From Dimorphilus gyrociliatus (taxonomy: Eukaryota; Animalia; Annelida), in assembly GCA_904063045.1 (NCBI GenBank), contig CAJFCJ010000060.1:67228-119348 (forward strand): a DNA stretch of 52,121 nt, in the 5' to 3' direction. Under the pieces are notes generated by a model that saw only the letters and a list, made by a program, of their open reading frames with translations, was not told the origin of the DNA and did no database searches. Below, piece after piece: positions 1 through 11,585 of this stretch (position 1 is its first letter; each line of letters begins with the position of its first letter). The position numbers and the translations under genes were made by a program.

Positions 1-378
1 TCTCCTGATGACCTAACATCATTATTACAAATACTTTTTAGTTCTCTCCTTGCCTTTATACTTGATATTAAACTCTTTTTTCATGGTTATGATTTATATG
101 ACTTGAGACAAATATATTTCCTCTTTGTTTGATTGTTGCAGGACAAAGAATTTTTTTATTTCTGACAGATCTTCTCCAAATTATCATATTCTCACTTCGT
201 TTTTTATATTAAAAGCAAATCCATCATGTGATAGAATATCCTTGCCTCTCTGGCTTCCTCCAAGGAGAAGTGTGAATTTTTCATTTGGATCTGCTTTTCC
301 TTCCTCATTCATTTCAAATGAGTCCTCTATAAAATTATTGCAATCCATACTATTTACAATAGTTAGATCAGCTTCCAC
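1..378 (-). mobile_element. Mutator (MULE) transposase remnant, N-terminal FLYWCH zinc finger, frameshifted and running off the window edge
   Basis: ORF 184..378 has GGSQRGKDILSHDGFAF; a shifted frame continues IIWRRSVRNKKILCPATIKQRGNIF...HINHNH, matching the FLYWCH pattern (L..DG(Y/F).F ... WRC ... C.A ... H.H) with the first Cys changed to Arg. Confidence 0.75.
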
Positions 379-440
379 TAGTTGATTTTCAGAAATATTA
401 CCACTATTTGTGGCATCTAAATTGATATTTTGTTGATTAA

Positions 441-570
441 TTTCTACCGAAATTACATTTATTAAGACTATTTGTAGACGAACTTGAAAGGTTCTATTTG
501 TGTGAGTATTTTGGAAAGTTGAAAAATGATTGGAAAGGACGAATACTGTTCTGAAGAAGCAGAAATTCCA
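441..570 (+). repeat. Dispersed relic coding repeat, copy 1 (others at 13929..14057, 32709..32760 and inverted at about 25915..25955)
   Basis: Direct similarity to 13929..14057 (tttctacc.aaattaca..tattaagactatttgt.gac...aaaggttctatttg...gattggaaagga.gaatactgtt...agaaattcc); many differences are synonymous in the frame FLPKLHLLRLFVDELERFYLCEYFGKL. Confidence 0.75.
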
Positions 571-1460
571 CTAATAGTCTAACAAATATAATTTGGGTAG
601 AAATGAATCAACAAAACACCAGTATTTCGTCCAAAGAATATGTATTGAGTAAAAAATGAGCTTCTAGTTCTAAACAAGCTAGTTTGAACAATTAGCTGAT
701 GGTTAGAAAACTGAACTATCAACTGTTAATTTCGTATGGTTTATTTACTCTTTTTAAGGGTTGATAGTTGACAAATTTCAATGTTCAAAAAAACAAAAGT
801 AACATTTTAAGGCAAAGAAAGTTCTAAATATGGTCATGTTTTTATTGTTGTTTACTCTTCTAAGTAATATTCGAATTTCGAAGATTGATATATGCACTGC
901 CCTACGCTAAACTAGGTCAATACTGCTTATCTTTATCAGTGCTATCTGCACACTACAATACTGGTTCAAAACTACTTATCTATTGAAGAGTATTGCTGAC
1001 GAATGTATGTGCATAGGGAAGAAACCACGATAGGTTGAGTAGGTAGGAAGTTATTGAAAAATTCAGAAAAAAAATTTTTTCTTTTGAAAATTGTTTCAAA
1101 CATCGATTGTGGCGTATTTTTTCTTTGACTGCTTCCCAAAATCATTTGGGATTCTTGAAGTGTGAGAATTGTTTCTGTTTTTTGATTTTGTTAATAAAAA
1201 CCTGTTGCAAATCCTAACCATAATAATTGAATGTTAATTAACTTGCCATAAAAAGTAATTAATTCTTTATTTCGACAGCTTTATGTAGAAAAATAAGGAT
1301 TTATTGTCAACTAAAATAAAATGTATGCATAACGTTAAAATGGCAAACTTTTAAAACTGTTTTCTATAAAATTGTGTGTTTGTTAGTTAAAAAAGGTAAA
1401 TGACCACTTTTGTATATTTATATAGACAAGATAAAAAAGTATAAGTTTTTCAATCTAATC

Positions 1461-2219
1461 TCATTTAATTTTTTTGAACAAATAAAACATGAATTGTGCT
1501 TCCTTTTTTAGTTTAAAAGATCGTTTATTCTTTGGCTTCGAAATACTTTCGCTAACTTGCTCCTTCGTTATTTTTTTATTTTCTGTTGTAATAAAATGAC
1601 CTTCCAAACTCACTTTATCAATTTCAAGTTTCTTGATATTTGGATTGTAAACACCAATTAAATTAAAATTGGCTTTAGTAAAGACATTACGAGCATCAAA
1701 ATGTGCATCACTGACCAGAAAATGACCACTGGGACGTAAAAATTCGAGACATGGAGAATTGCTGATCAATCCAGCAGAAGCTGAGATTACCAGATCGAAA
1801 TTACTGGTGTTTTGTGCAAAAAATTTCATGTAATCAATATTTTGAAAATTTATAGTGGGAGAATCAGTGTATTTTCTGTTATCTTCTATCCACGAGTGTA
1901 TAGCTGAATCACTGAAGAAAGGTTCCATCTTCGGGTTAAAATCCAAATAAGTCACATTGGAGAATACCAGTGAGGCGGAAAGATGTTTATCACAGCCAGG
2001 ATATAGCACAGTATTAATATCGCCACAAAATTCTTTAACTTCAGTAAAGATAGGTAGATGCCAGTCATTCAATCCTTTGTAGATGCGAAGAAAGTGTGAT
2101 AAATACTTAACAGACTGCTTCTTAACTTTAGTCCCTTTTTTTGGCTTTAATCCCCCTTTCCTCTTTTCTTTTTTCTCAATAATTTTCTTGTTTGATCTCA
2201 ATGTCCTTCGACCCATCAT
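1461..2219 (-). CDS. Intronless class I SAM-dependent methyltransferase-like protein (252 aa) with Lys-rich N-terminal extension
   Basis: Single uninterrupted ORF; motifs VLYPGCD (motif I-like), VTYLDFN, FDLVISASAG and LRPSGHFLVSD follow Rossmann MTase strand order. Confidence 0.75.
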   Translation of the reverse strand: MMGRRTLRSNKKIIEKKEKRKGGLKPKKGTKVKKQSVKYLSHFLRIYKGLNDWHLPIFTEVKEFCGDINTVLYPGCDKHLSASLVFSNVTYLDFNPKMEPFFSDSAIHSWIEDNRKYTDSPTINFQNIDYMKFFAQNTSNFDLVISASAGLISNSPCLEFLRPSGHFLVSDAHFDARNVFTKANFNLIGVYNPNIKKLEIDKVSLEGHFITTENKKITKEQVSESISKPKNKRSFKLKKEAQFMFYLFKKIK

Positions 2220-3997
2220 TATCCAATTTTTAAGGACTTAAATTAAAAATATTAGTTTTACATAATAAAAATCTCATATAGCAGTTAAGGGAAATCAATA
2301 TTTAAAAATATTTAAACCCATTTTCTAATAACATATAACAACAGACAAAATGATAGACAATTGTTATTTCACTATTTACTCTAATAAATCTATCTCCAAA
2401 AGTTATAAAAAGTGCTATTATCATCAATAATAATTCATTCACCTTTCTTTTATTTTCGATTTATTCCCAAAATACTATTTCACTGAGAATTCTGTAAATC
2501 AATATTAGAAAAAAATCAAAATGGCTGACTTGAAGTGAGTAAAATTATTAAAAACTGGTATATTATAAGTAACATAATATGATGGAATTTTATATAATAA
2601 TTTACACATACATATATAATACATTTATTAATATATGTTAATTATTTTAAAGTGGCTGTGCACCTAAGTTCGATATAGATGCTCTTTTAGAAAACCGTAG
2701 ACTTAACTCAATACTATTTAATATGAATACTTATCAATAGCGTTGTACGTTAGGTACTCGCAGTTCTATTATATGTATATGCTGTGATGCACGTATGCAT
2801 GTGAGCATATACAATTCTTATAAATAAATGTAATGAATTTAGCATTAATTAAAGAACTACATTAGACTTACTTTAACTGCCTAAGAACATTAATTTAGCA
2901 GCCAGCTAAAGAGTATCAAAAGGTCAAACTCAACTATTGTTGACTTTTGGACCAGTTCCAACTTTTCATATTCAATGATTGAATTGAATATTACCAAAAT
3001 TGTTACTACAAAAGAAGCTGACCACCTAAATTTATCTGACCTAATTACTCCCGATGAACGAAACCAATTAAAGGCAGAACCATTTTTAGAATTTCAATTG
3101 TGTCAAAATGTTACTTTGCATTGTTGAAACTTTGAAATTGTGAACTGTTAGACTCCTAGGAAAGTATATTAACCCTACGAATTTAACAGTTGTTAGCTTA
3201 GTTTTCTAACTGCTTGCTTAGAGATAAAAGCTCAGAATACATATCCTATTTGGAAAATACTAGCATTCTGTTGAAAGTTTGATATAAAACTTTGGACGAA
3301 TATCATTTATTTGCTTATACTTGCGGGCGAACTTGAGGTTCTATTTGGACCAGTACTTTAGCGTAATATTAAATGAGTTGTACAGATGAATACGGTTCGG
3401 ACGAGAACGAAATTCCTAAGATCTCAATAGAACAAAGTACATAAAACATCATATATTCTTGAAACTACACTCAAATTAAAAGAATAATAATATAAACTCT
3501 AACAATTCATTTCATATTCATTAAAATTTGTATTTTAAAAGTAATGAATAATACATGTTGCAAACTGACCCTGAAGTAAAATCAAAAGTAGAATGTTTTG
3601 GGCTTTTCCAACAACAATTTTATGAATAGGAATGCATAATATAATTTTGCTCCATTCTTACAAAATATTTTAGACAGGCAACCAGTAAAAAACAAATTTT
3701 TGGATATTTCCTTTCAATATCAATTTTCAATATTATTCTAAATGTGGAAATGGGGAATGGGAAAATATGAATCATTCGTGAAAACTGGTTTGTGTTAAAT
3801 TCTCTTATAAATAATTGAGCTATGACAGTGGAATTATTTGATTGATTGATCAAAATTTACATAACAGCAGTTGGAATTCATAATATTATAAAAAAAAGAG
3901 TGAATACCTTGATAATAAACCATGGTTACATACAGAGGTTTGGAGGTAAATTTTACATTAATGTTTTGATCTCCTGATTTATACGAATTTTTTCTAG

Positions 3998-4295
3998 GTA
4001 CAGATATTATTGAGCGGGATTGTGAAAATAGGCACATTTATTCTGGATGCGTAACATCAAGGGATCTGTCTACTTGTTTCTGTAGCCATAATAGATGCAA
4101 CAGTCAAATTAGAGGAGATAGCGGTGGTAGAGGTGGTGGTGAATCAACAGGTGGAAATGGAGGAGGTGGTGAGGTGGTGGTGGAACTGAAGATAGTGGAG
4201 GAAGTAGAGGAACAAATACATCTTCCAACATGGTATTATCGACAGAAATTTTCTCAATTGTTTTGTCTTTGTGTATTACAAAATCTTTGCTATAA
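3998..4295 (+). pseudogene. 3' exon of a Ly6/uPAR (quiver-like) GPI-anchored protein with a 1-nt frameshift in a Gly-rich linker
   Basis: Acceptor tttctag at 3997; reads TDIIERDCENRHIYSGCVTSRDLSTCFCSHNRCN (C.C...CN end motif), then a Gly-rich linker; after a missing G near 4171 it continues GGTEDSGGSRGTNTSSNMVLSTEIFSIVLSLCITKSLL* (GPI-signal-like, TAA at 4293-4295). Confidence 0.65.
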
Positions 4296-6094
4296 AGCAA
4301 TAGCATGTTTTTCTATTTGCTTTGTTGCGTTTCATGTAAACATATTTGGATTATTTTTATCAATTCAGAACTAAAAAGTAGAAATCAGAATTTTTTATTT
4401 GAAAAAAACTGTTAACCAATAGTGGACTAGTATGAATGTTTGTATAATTATAGATTAAACTGGGTTAGGGGGTAGTTGGAAAAGTTGCAGAAGAGGTAAC
4501 AATTTTAATTCAAGTCTAACAATTGAGACAATGTATGCATTGTATATTTGAACATTGTTTATATTCCACTTGAACAGCAATAACTAATTACTTGAGTTAA
4601 CAAATGTTAATATTTGTATATTTCCTTCTATAACTGTTCAAAAACCAAGGATGTACTTCGTTGTATTGTAATTGTAGAAACTTCTCCTTCTTCACAACAG
4701 TAATCGTCCATTCAAATCATTTACCAACTTACCAAAGTACTCACACAAAAAGAACTTTTCATGTTTGTCTACAATTTTGATTCCAACTCAAACAGACCTT
4801 CAAGAGTATTACCTCAAGTTACCTGTTCTCATGACAAAATGAACACACACTTACCCTGACATATATACACTGACACACAACACAGCAGGCATGTGCTGTT
4901 TCGTTCATTAGCTTTAAATTTTAGGACAATATCTTCTGCTTTATTCTTTCACCAGTTTTTTCATTGCCATCATTTGACATTTATTTCAAAGAGCAGAGAA
5001 ATTTCCTGGTTTTCAACCTTGTAAAGAGTCAATTTATATGATTACTTTCAATACTATATTTTACTTTTTCAGTAGATTTTTTAATATTTAATATTGTGTT
5101 TTGTAAAAGTATGCCCATTTGTTAAAAGACATAATGTTTGTTCTGGATTCCAGAACATTTCGTCCCCGTTGCCTGGACATTTTGTCTCCCTTTGCCTCAA
5201 CATTATATCCCTTTAGTATGGACATTTTTATGATTGGTTAGTTGACCAATCTTCATTTTAATAACTTTACAAGTTTTCTCTATGAAGTACTATTATCTAC
5301 CAGTTTTCTTAAGAAAAATTTTTCCCTTTTCTTGTTTATGAAAAAGTCTTCTAGGAATATTTGATTTTTAGCTGGTGGGTTTATAAAAAATAAATGTTCA
5401 AAGGCATCAAATATGAATTAAAAAACTTGTTGGTTTTGCATGAAAAAGTTTTACTGGAACCAACCAAAAACTAGATGTAAACTGTGTGGACACTTTTATC
5501 ATAGAAAGTGTTCAAAAAGTAAGTGCAGCAAACTGTTCATTTTCTTTTAAAACCTCAGACTTGTAAAATAGATGAAATATTACTAATATTACTAAATATT
5601 ACTTTATTAAAAAATATTAAATTTTGCATTCAGCATAAGTGACAAATAAACTACACCTATACTCGCAAATTTATTAACTTATTAGTTACTTTTGCTGAAT
5701 GCATCTTAGTGATAATTTCTTTCCAAAATATTTCTCCATTCTGGTAACTTTTTTATTTGAAATGATCTTGTATTTTGTATCTTCCATTATTTTGTTGTCA
5801 GTATAATTCGAATTAAAAAATAATATATTTGGGTTAGATTAGGTTTGGTTAAAGGTTAGGGTTGTACCACTCACAAGACACGTGTAGGTCAATTGTTGAT
5901 GTTGATTATAGGCCGCTTTGTTTGGAAACGGTTAGATTAGGTCCTTTCCTTGTTTATTTTGTTAAGCCACTTCAGTATCCTTTTTGGTAAGGGTTACGGT
6001 TAGGGTTAGGAGACAATGCAATAGATGATCGATAACCCTCAATAGTTCATTAAAGTCATATATATTTTTAAAAGAGTATTCTATTCAAATAAAA

Positions 6095-6134
6095 ATTACA
6101 ACGTTTCGACCATTACTGGTCTTCATCAGGTAAT
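6095..6134 (-). ncRNA. Minimal type I hammerhead ribozyme (Penelope-like-element type)
   Basis: Minus strand reads ATTAC-CTGATGA-A-GACC-AGTAAT-GGTC-GAA-ACGT-T-GTAAT: core CUGAUGA and GAAA, 4-bp stem II, 5-bp stem I (ATTAC/GTAAT), palindromic ACGU at stem III and predicted cleavage after GUU. Confidence 0.75.
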
Positions 6135-6344
6135 AACACCATTTTAAATGATAGAGCCTATTTAACATTTGTGTACTGTTCATAAAATTTTTCTTTTGTT
6201 AATATTTTCACTTGTGAATATTTTCTCCCACTTAAATATTTTTAAAACAGATTTAGTTGCTTATTACAATGTAAAATGTTCCTAATTGAACATGTATTAG
6301 ACAGGACTTTGCATGACTAACATACAATAATGTACTCTTTCTTT

Positions 6345-6616
6345 TCAGGGTGAAGTAGCTTGTTTGGTAGAAGTATCACTTTTTGTGATCATACTTCTAC
6401 TGGAATTTTTACTTTTAATTGACTTTTTTCGGAATAATGACAGGAATTCATTTCTAAATTTTCTGCCACTTATGCAATTTTGAAGATAATAAAACTTACA
6501 ATATTTCCAAACATACCCATAATAAAGCAAATTGAAGTCATAACTCTCACACCTATATACCAATCCATTGTATCTGGTATTTCTGGAAAAGCTGGATAAT
6601 AAGAGGTGTTATTCAT
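6345..6616 (-). pseudogene. Internally deleted paralog of the GPCR at 29581..30622 (N-terminus/TM1 fused to post-TM7 tail)
   Basis: ATG at 6616 gives MNNTSYYPAFPEIPDTMDWYIGVRVMTSICFIMGMFGNIVSFIIF (paralog: MNNSSYYPSFPEIPSTMDWYIGIRVISSICFIMGIFGNIASFIIF), directly followed out of frame by CISGRKFRNEFLSLFRKK (paralog: CLSGRKFRSEFLFLFKKK). Confidence 0.9.
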
Positions 6617-7823
6617 AGTTTTTTATTTTTCTCTCAATACTTTAAAAAAAATTTGTTGATACAAAGATTATCACTCTCTTATATAACAATACTATCTTTA
6701 GAAAGACCTCAAGAAACGTCTGTCAAGTACAACACATTATTGGAATAATGAGCAATTTAGTAATTGCAAAATAGTTAAAAGGATGATAGATATGGGTGGA
6801 GATGAAGAAAACTTTAATTGCTATTCTCATTTTATCAAACAATAGCAATTTTTTCTTTTGTTTTTGAAAAATATATTGACTTCAATTCAGGGTTAAACTC
6901 TTTATATAATATTAAAAGATTGTCTTACCAAAAAGGTTAGAGAGAGAGACAAGGGCTAGGTTAGGGTTAGAGTTAAACAGCATTTCATAGCCTAATCAAG
7001 CATAAAATGATCAGAGAAGAAACCTAACATCTTTTCAAATGCCATAGGCAGCATCTCTTTATCTATTATCCTGTCCTAAATTTTGCTGTTGCAATACTAA
7101 ATATCTTATGCTCCTTAGCTAACGTCTCTTCTAAGACTCTTTGTACATGTCAACAGACAAGGTCATTACTACACTCCCACAAAGAATTATTGCAGTTGAC
7201 AATATGGAAAACTATGGTTACTCTATTTGATATGTTTACGGTTTGGAATTTTTTGGCAATATTTTATTATTCTATTTTCATATTCAAAGTAATATATTCA
7301 ATTGTTGTCTTATAATAGAAATATTTGATTTTTGGCTCAATTTTTTATAATGAAAAAGTATTTAAAAGCATCAAATATGAATTTAAAAAATTGGATCACC
7401 ACTACTGAACCCTTTAACAGTAAAATAACAATATTGAACACCATTTAAATATTAGAAAAGTTTATTGGTAGTTTGATTAAATACAAAAGCAAAATAAGTT
7501 ATAGGATCATCAGTTAATGGATTCATAGCAAATCCATTATTTACACCTTCTGCTGTTATCAATACACCATTTTAATTTAATGATATTTTAGGGGCTATAT
7601 GACTATATTTATCAAACGAATACATAATTCTATCAGCTGAATAGTCACATGATAATATAATAATAATTTTTGGTAAGATATTGAGTGGTAATAAGTTGAT
7701 CTAAGCCCTGTTCTCTCTGCTTCATTTCAGAAATAAGCAAATTCAACATCTTCGATCAACTAAATCAGCTTAAATATATTTATTTCTTTATTTTAGATAT
7801 TTTCAAAGTGAAAGTATAAGACA

Positions 7824-10017
7824 TTACTGTTCAAAGAACATATCACAAAGAAATATTTCATGAATTTCTGAAACACTATTTTGAAAAATTTTCACAGAAA
7901 CTACATTTGATTCTACTTTTTCAATATGTTCACAAACGAAATTGTACACAAGATATTGATTTTTCCCAGAAAAGTTTTCCAGTTGACAAATTTTATCATT
8001 TAAATCATCATTTTTAATCTTATAAGTAATATATATATCAATATTCATGTCAATTCCGACATTTTTTTTGAATATCATTACCAAATTTGAATTTTTCACA
8101 AACAGCATTTTCCCTTTTGCATTTGTCAGCTGATATTCAAAATATATTGGGTTTGCCTTCAGAGTTGAGCACGTAGCTAAATTCTTATCCAGAAAATTAG
8201 AAATCTGTGGATTATTACATTGTGGAAAGTTAGATAGCAGTATCCTTCTTCCCTCTGCAAAAGTCTTATCAATTGCATCCTGTAGACTATTCAGACCACC
8301 TACCTTTATCCAATATTTGAATATTGTTCATAATTGAATGTTCACCATTCTTGAAAGATATTTGTTTAATATTCAAATTTATTGATGTGTTTATGATAGC
8401 CAATATGCTCTCATCATAGGCTAAACCAGATCCAAATTTGATTTGATTATCAGTCAATAATATCCAAAATTCACTCCAGGAATCACAACTCATTAGTGCC
8501 GAAGATTGTTTAAATTCAACAATATTCGCATTCATTGAATTATAAACTGTGATTGATGATGATTTTACATTCTCAGCAATCTTATCAATATTCAATTTAA
8601 AAAGTATTGTTGAGGTATCACTAAAACTCATAATGAATGATGAACAATCAGCAGGATGTCCGGTGTGCTCACCTTTCACTTTGAATGCAAAAGCCATAAA
8701 ATTATCAAACAGTTGTTGATCTAGAGGATAGAAAACATCATATTGACTTTGAATAGAGTAAATATTCTCTTCAATCTCTAAAAAATGGAAAGAAAAAAGT
8801 AGGTCAATGAAAAAATAAAAAAAAAATAAAAAATAAAAGACGTTTTGTAAAAACTTTAAAGTAGTTCAGTCCAATGTAATTATGGGAATAAACATCTGTT
8901 ATTGTAATATTGACTGATGACTCAATAGTTGGTCTATATTTATAGTTGTAGCAATGGTGGTATATATCTGAAGGTAAATTTGTTAATTGTTCAACAAATT
9001 CAGAACTCCATACCAACTGCATGGTCTTTATATAAGCGTTATTATCATATCTATAAACAATAATTAAATATTCATATGTCATTGATAGTGTTTTTATTTT
9101 TAAATAATGTATTACCTGTTGGCATAGCAGTAAATGTAAGGTTGGGATAGAAAAGGGAAAACAATATTTATATATTGACCAATGCAAGTTGGTTGTCCTA
9201 ACAGACCGCAGGCTGGTGTCCAATAGTTGTTAAATATTCTATTTAAGGCTTTTGTACATTCCTGACCATTTTGTGAACTAGAACTGACACAACTTGCTCC
9301 AAGTTCAATATCTGCCACATTAATAAATACATTTTCATCAATGTCGCTAGTATCTGCCAAAGGAAAATTGAAAAGTTTTTTTTATGTAAAGATTGCCTGT
9401 TTTAATAAAATATGCATTAAAATCTCTACCATTGCTAAATGAATAGACAAAAATTGTATTAAAACCAGAATTCATAGCTTGGTGTGTTGATGAATTAAAA
9501 TTAATTGTAATAAAAGAGTTATTTTCTCCAGACTCTTTGCTTACTAAGACACAAGTTTTTATAGAATTTATATTGTAGATTTCTTCAGAACAATTACTAA
9601 ATGAAACTCTCGCTTCTTTACTATAGATATATGTATCTACAATTCTTCTAACAAAGCATATTGCAGCTATATTGTATATTTTTTTAAAATATATTGTGAT
9701 CTGCATTGAATTGCATAATTCGCCCAAACAATTTCCTGCCCAGTCATTATTGTTAAACCAAATTGGTGTGAGTGCATTGTTGCATTTGTAATCAAATTTT
9801 GAATAAGCAGGATGAACAGAGTTAGCTTGACAAGTAGCTCCATTCAACTTTGAAGCAATATTAATAAGCTTTTCATCTAGTTTTTGTTATGATATCATAA
9901 ATAAAAGGAAAAGAATTATTCTTTAAAAATTTTCTTACCTGCTTGAAGAGAAGAATAAACATTCATAATTGAAATTATTATGAATAATACATAAATTGCC
10001 TTCTTGTTGTCAAACAT
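7824..10017 (-). CDS. Multi-exon secreted protein: signal peptide, two galactose-binding/F5-8C-like domains, FAMeT-like (Methyltransf_FA) domain and a C-terminal domain; possible frameshift near 8280
   Basis: Exon 1 9939..10017 MFDNKKAIYVLFIIISIMNVYSSLQA with donor GTAAGA; repeats LINIASKLNGATCQANS..CNNAL..W and INVADIELGASCVSSS..CTKAL..YW; ALMSCDSWSEFWILLTDNQIKFGSG fits the FAMeT-domain signature. I found no in-frame splice across about 8280-8305. Confidence 0.6.
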
Positions 10018-11585
10018 TGTTATTCAACGAGAAATGATGGGAATTTCATTTCAAAAGTTTTCTTCTTAAATTATAAATACTTTATGATAATTGATTTATG
10101 AGTTTCTTTGGCAATTTCCAGTTACAAAGAGAATACATTTCTTAATGAACAGTTAGTATATTGACAAACTGTGTTTACACATCAAAATATTGAGAAAACT
10201 ATTTTTTATAGTTTATCTTTATATACTGTATATTTAATTAATTGATTGATTGGTAAATTGTATTTAAACAGAACGTTATATACTAACGTTCCGTTCACAT
10301 TACATGATATGAGTGAATGTGTGTTAGTGTGCGAGTGTCAGTGTCTGAGCGTCACTTAAGAAGGGAGTTTGACTTACCCCAGAGTCGGGACAGTCCAACT
10401 TGATGTTATGCCACATCGTTGATAACGACGTGGCATGAACGTGGCATGAATGTGGCAATACAGATGAGCACAGTCAAACACCCAATTAAGTGACACTAAC
10501 AAAGTATAAAAGGGAGTGAATGTAATAGAACGGTGTGAGAGACCAAAAGAATATCAAATAAAATTTATACGAAATTCTTAGGAATTTCGTGCTATAAGCG
10601 AAAAACAAAATCTTATAAAGTATTCATTGATCAATGGAAGAAGTTTCTCAGAAATTCCTATAATATTTTATCAGAATACAATTGTATACAATTTATATAG
10701 ACATTATTGTTGTTTTACCTTAGTTTTTCAATAAATTGACAAAATGTCTGGCTTTTGTCATCAGAATGAGGTCACAAATATATATAGATGAATAAACACA
10801 ACTAATTTTTACAATATGATTATTGCAATACTCATTTTATCCAATAAAACCACAAATTCGATAAATTTTAACTGCGCGACTGCTTCCATACTTTTGAGAT
10901 GTCGTTAAATGGCGTCACTTTCAGTAAAATTCTATTGCATATTTATTGGGACGAGTTTAAGCTTCTTAATATTGAATTAAAACTTTAAAAATGAATTTAA
11001 AAACTTAAAGACAACAGTATAACACCATCCTCAATAACATTTGGCTAAACATAGATTTCGATCTCATCCCCAGATAAGACATTTTGCAGTAATAAAAAAT
11101 TTTTGTTCTATAATTCTTCCAGGAAATTGGATATTGAATTTTGCTTCTCCATTTGTTTTTGGGGCATTTCCTTCTGCTGAAGTATTTACCAAATCACCAA
11201 AATTACTTAAACAAGTAGAACCTTTTCTAGTTGCATTCAAGATCTTTAAATTTAAAACATTGACAATTTTGTGCTATACAAATTATTTACACTACTTGAT
11301 ATCTATAGCTGCTGTCAGCACAAGACTTATCTTTTAATATCAACACCTCTTTCTTTATGCGTTTCAAAATGGCGACTACTTGCTTGTTTACAACTAGAAA
11401 CTCATTTACTCAATACATAGGACATATCGGAGTTGATATTTTACTTTGATATATAATTGATGAAACAAAAAATTTCCGCATACCAATACTTTTATTCCAA
11501 CCTTTAGCAAGCCAATAGTTTCAGTTTAAAATATGTTAGAAAGCTTATATAATCTAATATTTAAAATGTATATTATCATATCACT

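Noticed and set aside
3620-4037. Minus-strand ORFs 3620..3853 and 3834..4037 as a gene
   Set aside because: No recognisable motif; the plus strand gives a better-supported Ly6-like exon.
11000-11340. Retroviral protease remnant on the minus strand, or the 98-aa plus-strand ORF
   Set aside because: Only vague similarity, multiple stops and no D(S/T)G motif.
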